Assembly: GCA_039799905.1 (NCBI GenBank)
Contig: JBDLRP010000013.1
Span: 63,431 to 127,430, forward strand
Source: Pseudomonadota bacterium
GTDB taxonomy: Bacteria; Bdellovibrionota_B; Oligoflexia; Silvanigrellales; Silvanigrellaceae
Length of the DNA: 64,000 nucleotides
Reading direction: 5' to 3'
Position numbers and translations under genes: made by a program. Positions within the stretch are counted from its first letter, which is position 1, and each line of letters opens with the position of its first letter. The notes under the pieces were generated by a model. The model was not told the origin of the DNA, did no database searches, and saw nothing but the letters and a program-made list of their open reading frames with translations. Of this stretch, positions 32,940 through 41,080 are shown piece by piece.

Positions 32940-33445
32940 CTTCTTCATCTTTATAAGAATGAATTTTTAATCTCTTTGAGTAGTTGAAGTAGTAGGTGAC
33001 CCTAAAATTTGTTGAAAACCCATATTTTTTTTAATAACTTATCGTTAATATTAAGATATTTTTGATTTAGCCGTGTGGATAACGTGTGCAAGAGAGGGTG
33101 GACAACCTGTGGGAAGCTTCCGATTGGTGTGCATAAAGTATCGCTTAAAAAAGGGGCAGCGATTTTTATCCACCAAGAGTACACACCTCATCCACATGTT
33201 TTGCACAACCCCATAAACGGGCCGTCGCGATAGATAAGCGAGACTGGTTCCACAAGTTATCAACATGGTCTTGTGGATAACTGTTTTTAGCGCTGGCATA
33301 TTACCGTTTAAACCACTGTAATATAAGTAGTAAAGTATCATTTTTAGTTGAAGAATCATTTGTGGATAACTCCTCTATCAACCTGAAAATACCGCTGTTC
33401 GTAATGCGTATCCTGTTGACAGCTTGTGGATAAGCTGTGGATAGC
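32940..33445. promoter_or_regulatory. Chromosomal replication origin oriC
   Basis: Perfect TGTGGATAA at 33074, 33272, 33361, 33425; near-matches at 33128, 33166, 33188, 33257, 33436; AT-rich 32940-33070; between dnaN and dnaA; strand composition switches here. Confidence 0.93.
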
Positions 33446-33480
33446 TGGTGTTGCCCATTGGACCGCAGGAGATTGATGCG

Positions 33481-34647
33481 TTGACCGAGCTTTTAAAGAA
33501 CATTGCTGACACCTCTCTCGCCCGTGCAGCGCGTTTTCTTCGATCAGGTGGATTGGTCGCGTTCCCTACCGAGACTGTTTACGGTTTGGGTGCGGACGCA
33601 AGTTCTGCCGAGGCTGTTCGCCAGATTTATCGGGTCAAGGGCCGACCGTCATCAGATCCATTGATTGTTCACGTCGCATCCCTGGAAAATGCCGAAAGGC
33701 TCGTCGACACCTCTCTTGCCAACTCGTGGCAATTGGATGTTCTCAGGAGTCTGGCGGAAGAGTTCTGGCCCGGTCCACTGACCATCATTCTCCCCGCACA
33801 TCCTTCCTTGGTTGCCTTTGAGGTCACATCCGGCACCGGATGGGTTGGTTTGCGATCTCCCGCACATCCCATTGCGCAGCGGTTTTTGCAGTTGTGTGAA
33901 GTTCCGGTCGCTGCACCCAGCGCAAATACTTTTGGGCATGTGAGTCCCACAACAGCAGAGCATGTCGTTAATGATTTTCCGCATGTGGATAACTTGTGGA
34001 TACTCGATGGTGGACGTTGCGGTTTTGGAATTGAATCCACTGTGGTGCGGGTTAATTCGGATCAGACTCTCGATATCTTTCGCCGTGGCGGGGTAGGGTT
34101 GCAGCAAATTTCTGAAAATTTGTTGCGATCGGGATTGCTGGACGAAACGCACCGGAAAAAAATTCGAGTCGTGAGCCGTTTTGCGGCCGAGCAGGAGACC
34201 GCAGCCCAACCAGCCCCCGGACAATTGCTTGTTCACTACGCCCCACGCATCCCCGCGCACATGGTGCGACTGACCGACATTTTGAATGTAAACGAAGATA
34301 CAGAGAAACTGTTTGGCGGAAGTGCGGCTGAAAAAAATACAGTTGTTCTTGATTTCGCTGGATATCTGTCAGCACTCAGGGACATGGTTGGATTCTACAG
34401 GGATCTGTCCCCCGGGGGCGATCCGCGCGAGGCGGCGCATGCACTATTCGATGCTTTGCGTTGGGCTGAAGATGTCGCCAATCAACAAGGTCATTTGTGG
34501 ATATTTGATCCTGCTGTGTGTACTCAACTTTTGGGCGATGAAATTTTTCTTGCGCTGCAAGATAGAATTGTCCGCGCTGCGTCTGGACGCAAGGCGGAGA
34601 TTAGTCTCAAACGAGATTCTGATCGAGTTTACGTTTTAATTCGCTGA
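33481..34647 (+). CDS. sua5: L-threonylcarbamoyladenylate synthase (Sua5 type with C-terminal SUA5 domain)
   Basis: VAFPTETVYGLG, KGRPSSDPLIVH, FWPGPLT, APSAN, GIESTV, PGQLLVHYAP; TTG at 33481 has an AGGAG RBS (alternative GTG at 33448). Confidence 0.93.
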   Translation: MTELLKNIADTSLARAARFLRSGGLVAFPTETVYGLGADASSAEAVRQIYRVKGRPSSDPLIVHVASLENAERLVDTSLANSWQLDVLRSLAEEFWPGPLTIILPAHPSLVAFEVTSGTGWVGLRSPAHPIAQRFLQLCEVPVAAPSANTFGHVSPTTAEHVVNDFPHVDNLWILDGGRCGFGIESTVVRVNSDQTLDIFRRGGVGLQQISENLLRSGLLDETHRKKIRVVSRFAAEQETAAQPAPGQLLVHYAPRIPAHMVRLTDILNVNEDTEKLFGGSAAEKNTVVLDFAGYLSALRDMVGFYRDLSPGGDPREAAHALFDALRWAEDVANQQGHLWIFDPAVCTQLLGDEIFLALQDRIVRAASGRKAEISLKRDSDRVYVLIR

Positions 34648-36217
34648 CGATTGCTCGCGTCGACGCATCTTTTTCGATCATCTCTTTAACTTTTTCTACA
34701 GCGTGCATGACCGTCGTGTGATTTTTTTTTCCGAAGGCCTCAGCGATTTCTGTGGTGGCAGAACCCAGTAGCTCGCGGCTCAGATACATTGCAATGTGCC
34801 GCGGTACTACCAATCTCTGCGAGCGGTCTTGTGACATCAATTCTGAAAGTTTAATTCCAAAGTGCGAAGCAACTGCCTTTTGAATTGCAGACAAGTCGAG
34901 CGATTGTGCGGGGACGCGGATAATTCGCCGCAGATGTGCATTGGTGGATTCAATCGACGGAGGAGCTCCCGTCATGCTCTGCGTCATCGCAAGATTGTTT
35001 AAAATTCCTTGGATCTCACGAACGTTTGATTTCACGTGCTGTGCGATGTGCATCACGATATCGCGGGTCAGACGCAGGGAGAGCGCCTTTGCTTTGGTTT
35101 CGATAATCGCGACGCGGTCTTCAAATCCAGGTGGTTCGATATCTGCGATAAGGCCTTGCAGGAAGCGGCTCTTCAGACGCTCCTCGATGTTTGGGATGTC
35201 TTTGGGATATTTGTCGGATGTGATGACAATCTGTTTCTTTTTCTGGAACAGGTCGTTGAAGGTGTGAAAGAATTCGAGCTGAGTCGAGTCTTTGCTTTCC
35301 AAAAATTGAATGTCATCCACCAGAAGGACGTCGACATGGTTGTAGCGCTTGCGAAACTCTTCCTGCTTATAGAAGCGGATCGATTGAATCAATTCGTTCA
35401 TGTAGTCAACGCTGGTGACGTATTTGATATTCCAGTTGGGATGCTGACGGAGAATTTCATTGCCGACGGAATGAAGGAGATGCGTTTTCCCCAAGCCTGT
35501 CGCTCCGTAAATAAAGACAGGATTTGTCAGATTACCTGGATTTTTTGCGATTGATTCACATGCTGAGTAAGCAATCAGGTTGCTTTGTCCGCGAACGAAG
35601 GTAGTGAAGGTCAATTCCGGATTCAATGAACGATTGTTTTCATGTTGTTGCGGTGCACGGGATTCAAAATCATCGGCCATGATGATTGGTGTGATGTTCA
35701 TCGGTGTGGAAATCTGGCCGATATTTTTTGATGCCTGAAGGGTTGTTGCCTTCTTGGCGGTGATTCCCTCGTCATTTGCGAAATTCAGTGCGTCGGCAGA
35801 TTGCTGTTCCGTGCCTTGTGCCTTGATTGTTTTTGCGCCTTTGTTTCCTGCTCTGGAAGCGGATTTTTTCGAATGTTCTTCGTGTGATTCAAACATAGGA
35901 GTTGTTTCACTGGTGCGCTGCTGCTTGGTTCGCCGCGAATTTGCCTGCGGCACGCTTTCACTGTCGGAGCGCACATAAAAGTCGGTCTGTGGCCCCCAAA
36001 CCTGCCGTGCGACATCTACAATTTCGTTCATTTTCGCGCTGACAATTAGTGCCCCGTGAAACTGACTCTTGCAGTCGGCAATAACCGTCGTGCCCTCGAG
36101 TTTGATTGGAATGACCTGGCTTGCGATGGAATGTGCAACTGCGTCGCCGAGTCCGAGAGTGATCAGTCTGGCCTTGAGTTTTTCAAAGAAGACTTCCGAT
36201 TTTTCTACCGACGCCAT
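34607..36217 (-). CDS. dnaA: Chromosomal replication initiator DnaA
   Basis: LNPELTFTTFV, YGATGLGKTHL, LLVDDIQFL, EFFHTFN, NVRE, FGKKNHTTVMHA. Confidence 0.97.
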   Translation of the reverse strand: MASVEKSEVFFEKLKARLITLGLGDAVAHSIASQVIPIKLEGTTVIADCKSQFHGALIVSAKMNEIVDVARQVWGPQTDFYVRSDSESVPQANSRRTKQQRTSETTPMFESHEEHSKKSASRAGNKGAKTIKAQGTEQQSADALNFANDEGITAKKATTLQASKNIGQISTPMNITPIIMADDFESRAPQQHENNRSLNPELTFTTFVRGQSNLIAYSACESIAKNPGNLTNPVFIYGATGLGKTHLLHSVGNEILRQHPNWNIKYVTSVDYMNELIQSIRFYKQEEFRKRYNHVDVLLVDDIQFLESKDSTQLEFFHTFNDLFQKKKQIVITSDKYPKDIPNIEERLKSRFLQGLIADIEPPGFEDRVAIIETKAKALSLRLTRDIVMHIAQHVKSNVREIQGILNNLAMTQSMTGAPPSIESTNAHLRRIIRVPAQSLDLSAIQKAVASHFGIKLSELMSQDRSQRLVVPRHIAMYLSRELLGSATTEIAEAFGKKNHTTVMHAVEKVKEMIEKDASTRAIVSELKRKLDQNLV

Positions 36218-36298
36218 AGTCTGAACTCATATGCGGTTGCTTGTTTGTGGGTACGAAGGCCGGATTCTGCAGAGGGCCGTGGTGGAGGTCAAGTCCGA

Positions 36299-36556
36299 AT
36301 GGGAAAACTTCTCATATGGTTTGGAATTTTATACGGCAACCTGACTGCCCTTGTTGGTTTGGCCGTCATCGCCGTCTGGTGGACAAAACAGCCAAGTGGT
36401 CAGCAATTCTGTGAAAACGTCGGCTTGAACGTCACGGCTTGCCGTTCGGGTTTGCTCTTGGTTGATGTTGTGGTTATGGGGCTGGCGACCCTGATGAGTT
36501 TTCGGCGGTTGGCAGCAGTTCGCCGTAAGTTCGATGGTACAGCAGATCGGGAGTAA
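36299..36556 (+). CDS. Small membrane protein, AtpZ/AtpI-like by position
   Basis: Two hydrophobic segments, GGAGG RBS, first gene of the atp F0 cluster. Confidence 0.5.
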   Translation: MGKLLIWFGILYGNLTALVGLAVIAVWWTKQPSGQQFCENVGLNVTACRSGLLLVDVVVMGLATLMSFRRLAAVRRKFDGTADRE

Positions 36557-36561
36557 AGACG

Positions 36562-36822
36562 GTGGAGAATTTGTTAGCGATTGCGCTTTCTTTGTGCGCC
36601 GGGGCGACAGTTGCTGTCGGGCTTTTCCTGCACACTGCCGGGGTTATATTGCAGCGCCGCTCGGTCAAAGGGTTTTTCATTAAATTCACGGGACTTATTC
36701 CGCTCGGAATCGCGCTTTACGTGCGTCCGGAGGCGGTCATGACCATCAGCCTGACTTTCTTTGTAACTGCCTCGATTTTTCTGGTTTTCCTGTCGCTTGC
36801 ACGCAACAGGCTTCTGCGCTAG
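36562..36822 (+). CDS. Small membrane protein, AtpI-like by position
   Basis: Three hydrophobic segments directly upstream of atpB. Confidence 0.5.
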   Translation: MENLLAIALSLCAGATVAVGLFLHTAGVILQRRSVKGFFIKFTGLIPLGIALYVRPEAVMTISLTFFVTASIFLVFLSLARNRLLR

Positions 36823-36882
36823 GAACCACAGCGCCAGATGCTATTTTAGGCTTTGTTCAACCTCAGTTTCATTGGAGTTGTC

Positions 36883-37734
36883 ATGAGTCGCATGACACGT
36901 GCTACTTTCGTTTTTCTCTCGGTCCTCGCTGCAGCCATTGGTTCAGCGACTGCTTTTGCCGCTGGCGGCTCGCTGCAGATTGTTTCGTGGTACGGCGCTT
37001 TGGCTGAAATCATCCATGAGGCATTCGGGCTGGAAATCGATCCTGCGCAGGTCACGGAAATGGTGGCATCGGCTGCTGCTTTTGTAGCGGTGACGAGCCT
37101 TGGTCTCATCACCAGATTCTACAAACTCAAACCCGAAGCGATGTCGGATGAGGAACTTTTGCCACCGAAGAAGTTCGGATTTCGCGCGTTTGCTGAATTG
37201 TGCTGGGCTGTCATCAGTAGCACGCTTGAGAAAATTATCGGCGAGAAGATGTGGCATCACTATGCGCCTCTTTTGGGTGGAACGTTTTTCTTCATCATCT
37301 GTGCCAACCTGACAGGTTTGGTCCCCGGGTTTCCACCGGCGACTGAATTCATCAGCCAGAACGCTGCGATGGCAATCATCATTTTCATCGCATTCAACTA
37401 CGCCGGTCTAAAGCATGGCGGAATGAATTATCTCAAACACTTGTGCGGGCCCGTGCTTCTTCTTGCACCTTTGATGATTGTCATCGAGGTCATCGCACTT
37501 CTCGCGCGGCCCGTGTCACTCAGCCTGCGTCTTTACGGCAACGTTTCTGGCGACCACATGGTCTTCAAGGTTTTTTCTACCCTGATGCGTGACTTCCATA
37601 TTCCGTTTCTCCCAGTTCCCGCAGCATTGCTGACGTTTGGATTGCTCGTCGCATGTCTGCAGGCATTCATTTTCATGACCTTGAGCTCAGTTTACGTGCG
37701 TCTGTCTTTGGATACGGCCCATCACGATCACTAA
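36883..37734 (+). CDS. atpB: F0F1 ATP synthase subunit a
   Basis: NLTGLVPGF, ARPVSLSLRLYGN, LQAFIFMTLS..Y. Confidence 0.96.
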   Translation: MSRMTRATFVFLSVLAAAIGSATAFAAGGSLQIVSWYGALAEIIHEAFGLEIDPAQVTEMVASAAAFVAVTSLGLITRFYKLKPEAMSDEELLPPKKFGFRAFAELCWAVISSTLEKIIGEKMWHHYAPLLGGTFFFIICANLTGLVPGFPPATEFISQNAAMAIIIFIAFNYAGLKHGGMNYLKHLCGPVLLLAPLMIVIEVIALLARPVSLSLRLYGNVSGDHMVFKVFSTLMRDFHIPFLPVPAALLTFGLLVACLQAFIFMTLSSVYVRLSLDTAHHDH

Positions 37735-37960
37735 GACGACGTTCGGACTGTTTTAGGTATTTTGCGCGCAGCTTCCGCTGTTCATCCGGCCCTCGGCGAA
37801 TGGCCAGAGTTGCACAAAGCGTATCAGCCTTTCCAAAGGAAAGGCTTTGGGTCAGCCAGTCTTGCGAATGCGCATAGACGACGCTGTCTTCACCCAAGTC
37901 GGTGTCAGCCGACCGGCCGGTGATGAGTGAGGGTGAGAATCGTTTTTTTTGAGGTGTTTT

Positions 37961-38272
37961 ATGAAGTTTTCTCGTTTTGCTATGATCGCTGCCAGCCTTC
38001 TTGCATCAGCTCCCGCATTCGCACAGGAAGCAGCTGCGCAAGGAACTTGGGGTGGTGAACTCCGCGCAATCGGTGCTGCTCTCGCTATCGGTCTTGCCGT
38101 GATTGGTGGTACTTCAGGACAAGGCCGCGCTGCAGCTGCCGCGTATGAAGGAATTGGCCGCAATCCTCAGTCTGCTGAAAAGCTCTTCACTCCCTTGATT
38201 CTTGGTTTGGCTCTGATCGAGTTCCAGGCAATCATGGCCTTCATTATCGCTATCCTTTTGGCAACCAAGTAA
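37961..38272 (+). CDS. atpE: F0F1 ATP synthase subunit c with N-terminal leader
   Basis: Gly/Ala-rich helix, GIGRNP loop, conserved Glu in ALIEF; signal-like AFA|QE extension. Confidence 0.95.
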   Translation: MKFSRFAMIAASLLASAPAFAQEAAAQGTWGGELRAIGAALAIGLAVIGGTSGQGRAAAAAYEGIGRNPQSAEKLFTPLILGLALIEFQAIMAFIIAILLATK

Positions 38273-38298
38273 CAGGCACGATGCGGTGGGCATTTCGC

Positions 38299-38327
38299 TT
38301 GACAATTGGGGGAGGCGTGGTTAATTC
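38299..38327 (+). promoter_or_regulatory. Putative sigma70 promoter for tRNA-Lys
   Basis: Perfect TTGACA at 38299 with a weak -10 (TTAATT/TAATTC) 16-17 bp downstream, just before the tRNA. Confidence 0.45.
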
Positions 38328-38339
38328 CACCCTCCGAGT

Positions 38340-38415
38340 GGAGGGTTAGCTCAGTTGGTAGAGCAAGAGACTCTTAATCTCTTGGTCCGGGGTTCGAGCC
38401 CCCGACCCTTCACCA
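38340..38415 (+). tRNA. tRNA-Lys (anticodon CTT)
   Basis: 76-nt cloverleaf, AGAGA-CT-CTT-AA-TCTCT anticodon arm, GGTTCGAG, encoded CCA. Confidence 0.96.
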
Positions 38416-38424
38416 CTCTCTTAG

Positions 38425-38449
38425 AAACCGCCTCTTGGGCGGTTTTTTT
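38425..38449 (+). terminator. Intrinsic terminator after tRNA-Lys
   Basis: AAACCGCC/GGCGGTTT stem followed by a T-run. Confidence 0.8.
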
Positions 38450-38472
38450 GTTTTCCGAGGAACTGTCGTGCG

Positions 38473-39360
38473 ATGTACAGAGGTCGATTTGCTCCAACTC
38501 CCTCAGGCGAACTTCATCTCGGTTCTTTGGTGTCCGCTCTTGCCAGCTACCTTGATGCGAAGGCGGCGCGCGGTGAGTGGCTTGTCCGCATCGAGGATAT
38601 CGACAGACAGCGCAGCAAGCCCAAGTTCGAGTCGGCGATTTTGTTTGAACTTGAGCGTCATGGTTTGATTTGGGATGGTGTCGTCGTTCGTCAAAGTGAG
38701 CGCACCGAGTTCTATCGCGCTGCGCTGCATTCACTCTCTCAACGCGGGCTGATTTATTCCTGTACATGCAGCAGGTCGCTTCTTTCGGCGCGTAGATGTC
38801 CTGTCAGTGCAGAAGGTGAGTTCATCTATGACGGCTTTTGCCGTTCAAGGCCGTGCTCCACTGTCGACTCCGACTCTGTGTTTTTGTCGGGTGTGAACCT
38901 ACGTTTGCGTGTGGAAAAGTTGTTTGTTGAGTTCGAGGACCGTTGGCAGGGACAGCAAAAGGGTTGTGTGGCCGGTGATGTCGGTGACTTTACGGTGTTT
39001 CGGCATGACGGTTCTTATTCTTATAATTTTGTCGTTGTAGTTGATGACTTTCTTCAAAAGATCAGTCACGTAGTCCGCGGCATGGATATTTTGCCGCTCA
39101 CGTTGCGGCAGATTATGTTGCAGCGGGAGCTGAGTTATCCTTCACCCGTTTATGGCCACGTTCCGCTTGTGATGGGCAATGACGGCAAAAAATTAAGCAA
39201 AAGCGCGTCATCGCGGGCGCTGAAGGAGTCTTCGGCGTTGGAGAATTTGCGTACCGCTTTGAAACATTTGGGCTTTTCTTCTGAATCGTACACTGCAGAC
39301 AGTTGTGGTGCATTGTTGCGTCAGGGGCTTCAGTGGTGGGAACAGACGATGCTCAGCTAG
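38473..39360 (+). CDS. gluQ: Glutamyl-Q tRNA(Asp) synthetase
   Basis: YRGRFAPTPSGELHLGS, RIEDID, CTCSR Zn motif, HVVRG.D, KLSKS; 295 aa with no anticodon-binding domain. Confidence 0.92.
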   Translation: MYRGRFAPTPSGELHLGSLVSALASYLDAKAARGEWLVRIEDIDRQRSKPKFESAILFELERHGLIWDGVVVRQSERTEFYRAALHSLSQRGLIYSCTCSRSLLSARRCPVSAEGEFIYDGFCRSRPCSTVDSDSVFLSGVNLRLRVEKLFVEFEDRWQGQQKGCVAGDVGDFTVFRHDGSYSYNFVVVVDDFLQKISHVVRGMDILPLTLRQIMLQRELSYPSPVYGHVPLVMGNDGKKLSKSASSRALKESSALENLRTALKHLGFSSESYTADSCGALLRQGLQWWEQTMLS

Positions 39361-40522
39361 CCCGTTGGGACTCTATTTCTGCCAGGTGCTCGCGAACGTT
39401 GGGATGTGCTGGGGCGAGCCGAACACACTCTTTGAAGTTCACAAGTGCAGAACCGAGATCGCCCATCTTCTTGTAGGCTAGCCCTAGGTTATAAAAAATC
39501 GCCGCTTTCAAATCGTTCTCTTTCAGATGCTGAAGCGCATATCCGTAAATGCGGACAGCTTCATTGTATTGCATGCGTGTGACAGCCTGAATGGCCGCTT
39601 TATTCAATAATGCCGCGCGGTCTTTTTCGGCCATGATGTCACGCAGCAGGTGAACAGCTGCCTCAACCTCTGCCGCTTCAAGGGGAGTTTTGAGCAAATT
39701 TTCCCGCGCCGCCGGAAAGGGAGGATACACGTCCAGCGCCTCGAGATAGGCTTTTTTGGCTGCCGCCAAATCACCCTTCTTCAGATACACGTCGCCGATG
39801 AAGGTGAGCCGTTCGGGGTTGCTTGGACATATTTTGTTGGCGGTTTCCAAAATTCGTAACGATCCATCGAAATCACCCGACGTAAATTGCACTTTAGCAA
39901 GTAAATTCATGGCCCGTACGTTGTGAGACTCGACCTGCAGGGCACGCTTTGCAATCAAGCCTGCCTCTGCGCCGTCGCCCAAATGCAGGCGCAGAAAAGC
40001 GTATTCTAAACGAACGATGGGGTCGTGGGGGTATGATTGAAAGGCCTCGGTGACGGCGGCTTTGTATTCTTGACTGGGGTTGAGCGTCTGAAAAATACGC
40101 TGAGAATGCACAATTTTTTGAGCTTCACTGCGCGCTGAATCTGTTTTCCTGAGCACTGACAGTTGCTCACCGAGGTTGCCGCTCAGACACGCTGAAAGGC
40201 TGAAAACCTGCCGGATCGCGCAGTCAGCGACCAAAGCTAAGGATGATGTCGATATTTCGGGACTTAGAATGAAACGGACCAACGACGACAGCCGCTGGTT
40301 GCGGGCAATCCGCTGCTGGAGAAGGTGGTTCTGGCGGGCGTCAAAGCTTCTCATGTTGTGCACGAGCGCCCAGGGCTGTTTGGCGAGAGATTCCGGCAAC
40401 TCTTTGGTGCTGGAAATGCAATGAACCGCAAATCCGGCCTTGGTAGCGCCCTTTGCCAACACAGGTTGGTCGGTCTGACCCGAGAGAATTACGACGAGTG
40501 CTCCATCTTGTGCTTGGGACAT
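39353..40522 (-). CDS. TPR-repeat protein with possible pseudo-receiver N-terminus
   Basis: Several TPR consensus repeats (e.g. YNLGLAYKKMGD...A...F..CV.L.P); start chosen at the ATG with an RBS. Confidence 0.75.
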   Translation of the reverse strand: MSQAQDGALVVILSGQTDQPVLAKGATKAGFAVHCISSTKELPESLAKQPWALVHNMRSFDARQNHLLQQRIARNQRLSSLVRFILSPEISTSSLALVADCAIRQVFSLSACLSGNLGEQLSVLRKTDSARSEAQKIVHSQRIFQTLNPSQEYKAAVTEAFQSYPHDPIVRLEYAFLRLHLGDGAEAGLIAKRALQVESHNVRAMNLLAKVQFTSGDFDGSLRILETANKICPSNPERLTFIGDVYLKKGDLAAAKKAYLEALDVYPPFPAARENLLKTPLEAAEVEAAVHLLRDIMAEKDRAALLNKAAIQAVTRMQYNEAVRIYGYALQHLKENDLKAAIFYNLGLAYKKMGDLGSALVNFKECVRLAPAHPNVREHLAEIESQRAS

Positions 40523-40647
40523 GGCTTCCTCCCTATAGGTTGCATCGTCAAACGTTTCCAAAAACTAAGGGGGATTTTGGCCGTTGCTAAAATTTTTGTC
40601 GCTGCCTGATTTTAAATGGGAAATTTGCAAGACATTTTGAGGCAGAT

Positions 40648-40675
40648 AAAAAAAGCCCAAGCATTGCTTGGGCTT
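40648..40675 (-). terminator. Intrinsic terminator after tRNA-Ser(TGA)
   Basis: AAGCCCAAGC/GCTTGGGCTT stem with a T-run on the minus strand. Confidence 0.8.
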
Positions 40676-40685
40676 CAAAGTTGAA

Positions 40686-40775
40686 TGGCGGAGAGAGAGG
40701 GATTCGAACCCCCGGTAGGATTGCTCCTACAACGGTTTTCAAGACCGCCGCCTTAAGCCACTCGGCCATCTCTCC
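40686..40775 (-). tRNA. tRNA-Ser (anticodon TGA)
   Basis: 90-nt cloverleaf with long variable arm, CT-TGA-AA loop, encoded CCA. Confidence 0.96.
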
Positions 40776-40802
40776 ACTGCAAATCAACACACACAGTCGG
40801 TA

Positions 40803-40985
40803 TTACTGTGCTGATTTTTTTGAACTAGTCTTGGTTGTCTTTGCGGCGGCAGGAGCAGCGGCTTTTTTAGGAGCAGCTGTTGTTGTCTTGCCGGCTTTGA
40901 TTCTACGAGCCAGAGCAGCTTTTTTCTTGGCTTGACCCTTCTTGCGCAGCATCTTGCGAGTGCGGCGGTTGTCTTTCTTACCCAT
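40803..40985 (-). CDS. Small very basic Lys/Ala-rich protein (60 aa)
   Basis: AGGAG RBS; MGKKDNRRTRK... followed by a histone-H1-like PKKAAAPAAAK tail. Confidence 0.7.
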   Translation of the reverse strand: MGKKDNRRTRKMLRKKGQAKKKAALARRIKAGKTTTAAPKKAAAPAAAKTTKTSSKKSAQ

Positions 40986-41080
40986 GTGAACTTTCTCCTA
41001 AAATGGGCCCAAGCCCAGAGTCTATGGCGCTTAGCAGACATCTGTGCGGTCTGCAACAAATCGAGGCCGTGCCTTTGAGA

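Noticed and set aside
33002..33359. Short ORFs inside the dnaN-sua5 gap
   Set aside because: They coincide with DnaA-box arrays and AT-rich origin DNA; no coding signal
33074..33444. CRISPR-like repeat array
   Set aside because: The repeats are 9-bp DnaA boxes with irregular spacing; no cas genes
37780..37870. c-di-GMP-I riboswitch upstream of atpE
   Set aside because: A CAAAGC...CAGCCAG resemblance only; the GGCAAA and GNRA-capped P2 elements were not found
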